Shown here piece after piece: positions 59,623 through 64,000 of a stretch of 64,000 bases of DNA. The position numbers were made by a program, and so were the translations under genes. This stretch comes from Candidatus Marinacidobacterium sp. (lineage in GTDB: Bacteria; Acidobacteriota; Vicinamibacteria; Marinacidobacterales; Marinacidobacteraceae). Where the stretch lies: positions 1,376,001 to 1,440,000 of the forward strand of contig OZ242011.1 in the NCBI GenBank assembly GCA_965204755.1, given 5' to 3'. Under the pieces are notes generated by a model that did not search any database, was not told the origin of the DNA, and worked only from the letters and a program-made list of their open reading frames with translations. Within the stretch, counting starts at the first letter, position 1. The number at the start of each line of letters is the position of its first letter.

Positions 59623-59836
59623 ACCCGCCGTCCGGTCGCGGTCGGCGGGGAGGGCGCGGGCTGCGGGCCGCCGTCCTCGTGGTAGATTCCGCCGCCCGTT
59701 TCGCTTCGATCCCGTCGTTCCTGGCCGCTCTGCGCCGTTCCCGTTCCGCGCCGTTCCCGGGCGCTTCCCGTTCCCCGAGGTCTTGCTCACCGGGTTCTCG
59801 TCGAGCCCGCAGTTCCTCGCCCGGTCCCCTCCGTCC

Positions 59837-60961
59837 ATGACCGCTGACGGCATCGTCTTCCGCGACCGGGCGCTGGTTCCCGTCTGGGAGAAGGTCCTCG
59901 CCGGCGAACGGCTCGACCGGCGGGACGGGCTGGCGCTGCTCGAAACCCTCGACCTGCCGGCGCTCGGCCGCATGGCGGACCATGCGGCCCGCCGCCGGAA
60001 CGGCGACCGCGTGCAGTTCGTCGTCAACCGGCAGATCAACCCGACGAACCTGTGCGTGCTGTCCTGCGCCTTCTGCGACTTCGCCGCCAAGCCGGGCGAC
60101 GACCACGCCTACGAGCAGAGCCTCGACGAAGTGCTCGCGCAGGTCTCCGACGACCTTTCCGAAGTCCACATCGTCGGCGGGCTGCATCCCCGGTGGAAGT
60201 TCGACCGCTACCTGGAGATCGTGCGGGAGATCCGGCAGCGGTTCCCCGCGGTCCAAGTCAAGGCTTGGACCGCCGTCGAGATCGACTGGTTCGCCCGGTT
60301 GGAGAAGACGACGATCGAAGACATCTTGGAGCGCCTCCGGGACGCCGGGCTCGACTCGCTGCCCGGAGGCGGGGCGGAAGTCTTCTCGGACCGGGTGCGG
60401 AAGGAGACCTTCAAGACCAAGATCGGCCGGCGGCGATGGTTCGAAGTGCACCGGGCGGCGCACCGGATGGGCATCCCCTCGAACGCCACACTCCTCTACG
60501 GCCACATCGAAACGCTCGGCGAGCGGGTGGACCACCTCCTCCAACTGCGCGAGGCCCAGGACCAATGCCGGAACGAAAGCCGGAACGGGAACGGCGCCGA
60601 GTTCGCCTCGTTCATCCCGCTGGCCCTCCAGCCCGGGAACACCGGATTGGCGGAACGCCAGGCATCGGTGCTCGAAGACCTGCGCACCGTCGCCTGCGCC
60701 CGGTTGCTGCTGGACAACTTCCCGCACATCAAGGCGTACTGGGTGATGCTCGGCGAGGACTCGGCGGCGATGGCGCTGAACTTCGGCGCGAGCGACCTCG
60801 ACGGCACGATCGGCGAAGAGAAGATCGCCCACTTCGCGCAGGCCTCGAGTCCGGTCGGACTGGCGCGGGATCGCCTGATCCGGATGATCCGCGGCGCCGG
60901 CAAGACCCCGGTGGAACGGGACGCGCTCTACAACCCCCTCCGCGTCTGGGAAGCGGCGTGA
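59837..60961 (+). CDS. mqnE: Aminofutalosine synthase (radical SAM)
   Basis: INPTNLCVLSCAFCDF, HIVGGLHP, PGGGAE, IKAYWVMLG, DLDGTIGEEKI. Confidence 0.9.
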   Translation: MTADGIVFRDRALVPVWEKVLAGERLDRRDGLALLETLDLPALGRMADHAARRRNGDRVQFVVNRQINPTNLCVLSCAFCDFAAKPGDDHAYEQSLDEVLAQVSDDLSEVHIVGGLHPRWKFDRYLEIVREIRQRFPAVQVKAWTAVEIDWFARLEKTTIEDILERLRDAGLDSLPGGGAEVFSDRVRKETFKTKIGRRRWFEVHRAAHRMGIPSNATLLYGHIETLGERVDHLLQLREAQDQCRNESRNGNGAEFASFIPLALQPGNTGLAERQASVLEDLRTVACARLLLDNFPHIKAYWVMLGEDSAAMALNFGASDLDGTIGEEKIAHFAQASSPVGLARDRLIRMIRGAGKTPVERDALYNPLRVWEAA

Positions 60962-61002
60962 GCGCTCGCCTGCGCGCCGGCCGGCCGCATCCCCGGTAAA
61001 CG

Positions 61003-61854
61003 GTGCGGCTGCTTCTCGGGCAACTGGCCTACCTGAACACCCGCCCGTTCGAACCGCTGCGGGGGGCGCGGGTGTTTCGCGGTTCGCCGGCGGAAATCGG
61101 CCGGTTGGCCCGGGCCGCGGAACTGGACGGCGGGTTGTTTTCGGCGGCGGACCTGTTCACGGTGGAGGACCGCTACTCGCCGATCGGGGATCCGGGCGGC
61201 TCGTTCGGCATCGCCTGCCGGGAGCAGGCGGGCAGCGTCTTCCTCCTGTCGCGCCGGGAACCTTCGGGCCTCGGGGGAGAGGTGGTCGAGATCACGAACG
61301 AGACCTCGACCTCGGTGCTCCTGCTCCGGCTCTACCTGGAGCACCGGCTCGGGATCGAGCGGCCCCGGTACCGGCGCGGCGTGACCCGGCGCCACGAGGC
61401 GGCGCTGCTCATCGGCGACGCGGCGCTCCGCGAACGGGAACATCCGGACCCGGCGTTCTCGTACCGACTCGACCTCGCCGCCGCCTGGCGGGAATGGACC
61501 GGGCTGCCGTTCGTCTTCGCGGTGTGGAGCGCGCGGCGGTCGTTGACCGCGAGCGCCCGCGCCGGACTGCGGGACACGATCGCCCGCGGCCTCGAACGCG
61601 GGGAGGAACGGATTCCCCAGATCGCCGAACGGGCCGCCGGGCCGCTCGGCGACCCGGAAACGCTCGCCGCCTACCTCGCCGACTTCACCTACCGGTTCGG
61701 GGAGGGCGAGCGGGAAGGACTGGCGCTCTTCCGGCGCGAAGTCCGGGAGAAGGGTCTCGTCGAACCGGGCCCCGGGTTCTTCGCCGACCGCTGGATGGAC
61801 TTCGACTTCACCGCGAACCTCGCCTCGCCGGCGCTCGGAGCGGCGGGCCCGTGA
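61003..61854 (+). CDS. mqnA: Chorismate dehydratase
   Basis: LAYLNTRP, TSTSVLLL, LLIGDAAL, WREWTGLPFVFAVW. Confidence 0.9.
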   Translation: MRLLLGQLAYLNTRPFEPLRGARVFRGSPAEIGRLARAAELDGGLFSAADLFTVEDRYSPIGDPGGSFGIACREQAGSVFLLSRREPSGLGGEVVEITNETSTSVLLLRLYLEHRLGIERPRYRRGVTRRHEAALLIGDAALREREHPDPAFSYRLDLAAAWREWTGLPFVFAVWSARRSLTASARAGLRDTIARGLERGEERIPQIAERAAGPLGDPETLAAYLADFTYRFGEGEREGLALFRREVREKGLVEPGPGFFADRWMDFDFTANLASPALGAAGP

Positions 61855-62966
61855 ACCCGGCCGCGCGGTCGAACGGGGCCGGAAGGGAAACGCTGGCCCG
61901 GATCCGGGGCAAGGTGGAAGCCCGCGTCCGGCTCGACGAAGCGGAGTCCCGGTTCCTGCTCGAGGAAGCGCCGCTGCTCGAACTGGGCGAGATGGCCAAC
62001 TTCGACCGGTTCCGCCGGCGCCCGGCCGCCGAAGTCACCTTCGTCGTGGACACGAACCCGAACTACACGAATGTCTGCGAAGTCGATTGCACCTTCTGCG
62101 CGTTCTACCGGCCGCCCGGGCACGAGGAGGCCTACACGCATTCCGTCCCGGAGATGCTCGACCGGATCGCCGGAGCGGTGGACCGGGGCGCCACCACGGT
62201 GCTGCTCCAGGGGGGCGTGAACGAATCGCTGCCGCTCGACTACTACTTGGACCTGGTGCGCGGGACCAAGGAGCGATTCCCCGGCGTCACGCCGCACTTC
62301 TGGTCGGCGGTGGAAGTCGAAGGCATGGCGAAGGTGAGCGGGCTCACCACGCGGCAGGTGCTCGAGCGGCTGCGCGAAGCCGGACAGGACACGCTCCCGG
62401 GCGGGGGCGCCGAAATCCTGGCCGACGGCGTCCGGCGCCGGATCTCGCACAAGAAAGGCGGCGCGGCCGCCTGGCTCGAGGTCCACCGCGAAGCGCACGA
62501 ACTCGGATTCCGCAGCACCGCCACCATGATGTACGGCCACCTGGAAACGAACGAACAGGTGGTGGAGCACCTGCTCGCCATCCGGGAATTGCAGGACGAG
62601 TTCGAGGGGTTCACCGCCTTCGTCCCCTGGAGTTTCAAGCCCGGCAACACCCCGCTGGTCAAGAAGATTCCGGAGTACGCCGGCCCGAACGAGTACCTGC
62701 GCATCCTCGCCGCCGCCCGGCTGGTGCTGGACAACTTCGACCACATCCAGGCTTCGTGGTTCAGCGAAGGCAAGAAGGCCGGCCAGGTCGGTCTCCACTG
62801 GGGCGCCGACGACTTCGGCGGAACGCTGCTCGAGGAGAATGTCCACGCCTGCACCGGTTTCGTGAACCGCACCAGCACCGACGAAGTGAAGGTCCTGATC
62901 CGCGAGGCGGGATTCCGGCCGGTGCAGCGCGACACGCACTACCGGGTCCTCCGGCGTTTCGAGTGA
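61851..62966 (+). CDS. mqnC: Cyclic dehypoxanthinyl futalosine synthase (radical SAM)
   Basis: NYTNVCEVDCTFCAFYR, LLQGG, TATMMYG, HIQASW, GADDFGGTLLEENV. Confidence 0.92.
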   Translation: MNPAARSNGAGRETLARIRGKVEARVRLDEAESRFLLEEAPLLELGEMANFDRFRRRPAAEVTFVVDTNPNYTNVCEVDCTFCAFYRPPGHEEAYTHSVPEMLDRIAGAVDRGATTVLLQGGVNESLPLDYYLDLVRGTKERFPGVTPHFWSAVEVEGMAKVSGLTTRQVLERLREAGQDTLPGGGAEILADGVRRRISHKKGGAAAWLEVHREAHELGFRSTATMMYGHLETNEQVVEHLLAIRELQDEFEGFTAFVPWSFKPGNTPLVKKIPEYAGPNEYLRILAAARLVLDNFDHIQASWFSEGKKAGQVGLHWGADDFGGTLLEENVHACTGFVNRTSTDEVKVLIREAGFRPVQRDTHYRVLRRFE

Positions 62967-62976
62967 CGCCGCTCCG

Positions 62977-64000
62977 GTGATCTGGGCGCTCGCGGCGGCG
63001 CTCGCCGGGGTGTTCGTCCTCTCCGCGTTCTTCTCCGGCTCGGAGACGGCGTTCCTCTCGGTGAACTTCCACCGGCTGCGCGCGGTGGGCGGCGAGCGGG
63101 CGCAGGCGGTGCGGCGGCTGAGCAGCCACCCGGAGCGGCTGTTGGGGGCGATCCTCACCGGGAATGTGTTCGCGAACGCCCTGGTCGGGGTGCTGCTCAC
63201 CACCGTGCTGATCGCCGGCGCGGCCACCGTGGAGGAACGCGCGCGCGCCGCGCTCGCCGCCGCGCTGGCCACCTCCGCCGGCCTCCTGGTGTTCGGGGAG
63301 ATGATCCCGAAGAGCATCGCCGCCCGGCATTCGGAGCGGTGGGCGCTGCTCACGGTCCGGCCGGTGCAGGCGCTGCTGTGGTTGTTCGGGCCGATCGCCG
63401 CCGCGCTTTCCTTCCTGGTGGAGCGCCTGCTGCGGCTGTTCGGCATTCCCCGTCCGGCCCGGGAAACGACGCTGAGCGTCGCGGAGATGACCGAGATGCT
63501 CCGGGCCGGCCCGGAAGGGGCGGAAGGCGACCATCGGCGGATCCTCGCCCGGTTGGCGGACGCGACCGGACGGCGGCTCACCGAGATCATGACCCCGCGC
63601 CGGGACATCCGCTGGGTCTCGCCGCAGGCGTCGTTCGCGCTGGTGACCCAGGCGTTCCGGGAGTACGGGCACTCGCGGTTCCCGGTGGCGGGGCCCGGGC
63701 GCGACGAAGTGGTCGGCGTCCTCGATGTGCGCTCCGCGCTCCGCGCCGGGCCGGAGGGTTTCTCGCTGGCGCCGCATGTGGAGCCGGCGCGGTTCTTCCC
63801 GGACACCGCCACGCTCTCGCAGGCGCTCTTGCAGATGCGGAGCCGGGCGAGCCGGATGCTGCTGGTGGTGGACGAGCACGGCGGCATCGAGGGATTGGTC
63901 ACCGCGCCTTCGCTGCTGGACGCCATCCGGGGACCCGGAGCGGAGGAAATCCGCCGGACCGAGGGCGGGGCCTACCTGCTGGACGGGGCGCTCACCGTGG
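62977..64000 (+). CDS. CNNM/hemolysin-family CBS-domain protein (runs off the window)
   Basis: SAFFSGSETAF, ILTGNVFAN, VFGEMIPKSIA, IMTPRRDI, HSRFPV, VVDEHGGIEGLVT; not in the ORF track because no stop codon is in the window. Confidence 0.9.
   Translation, partial: MIWALAAALAGVFVLSAFFSGSETAFLSVNFHRLRAVGGERAQAVRRLSSHPERLLGAILTGNVFANALVGVLLTTVLIAGAATVEERARAALAAALATSAGLLVFGEMIPKSIAARHSERWALLTVRPVQALLWLFGPIAAALSFLVERLLRLFGIPRPARETTLSVAEMTEMLRAGPEGAEGDHRRILARLADATGRRLTEIMTPRRDIRWVSPQASFALVTQAFREYGHSRFPVAGPGRDEVVGVLDVRSALRAGPEGFSLAPHVEPARFFPDTATLSQALLQMRSRASRMLLVVDEHGGIEGLVTAPSLLDAIRGPGAEEIRRTEGGAYLLDGALTV

Overview
64-kb window from a very GC-rich (~70% by eye) diderm bacterium; gene content (futalosine menaquinone genes, many lipoproteins, PQQ enzymes) would fit Acidobacteriota or a similar lineage (inference). 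The housekeeping backbone is tRNA-Gln/ispE/LolB-like/TPR/purH/selA, thiS-thiG-nth, a SelD fusion, yebC-ruvC-ruvA-(MutS-like)-ruvB-queA, a branched-chain amino-acid ABC operon, a histone H1-like repeat protein and ubiA-ubiX-mqnE-mqnA-mqnC. The strongest candidate for an undescribed system is a class I lanthipeptide cluster (23155-33851, minus strand): a 102-aa precursor with a double-glycine-type leader and an acidic 58-aa core (9 Cys, 10 Ser/Thr, internal repeats), LanC, full-length LanB, a lipoprotein adaptor, a C39-peptidase ABC exporter and a receiver-like/GAF/HlyD fusion adaptor. Other accessory content: a DUF262+HEPN candidate defence pair, three toxin-antitoxin loci, an IS21 beside a relic IS21-like end, a large FN3 surface lipoprotein, an SbnI-like serine kinase and a structured ~225-bp MITE-like repeat family. 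The palindromes ACGT and AGCT appear almost absent from the window except inside the IS21.
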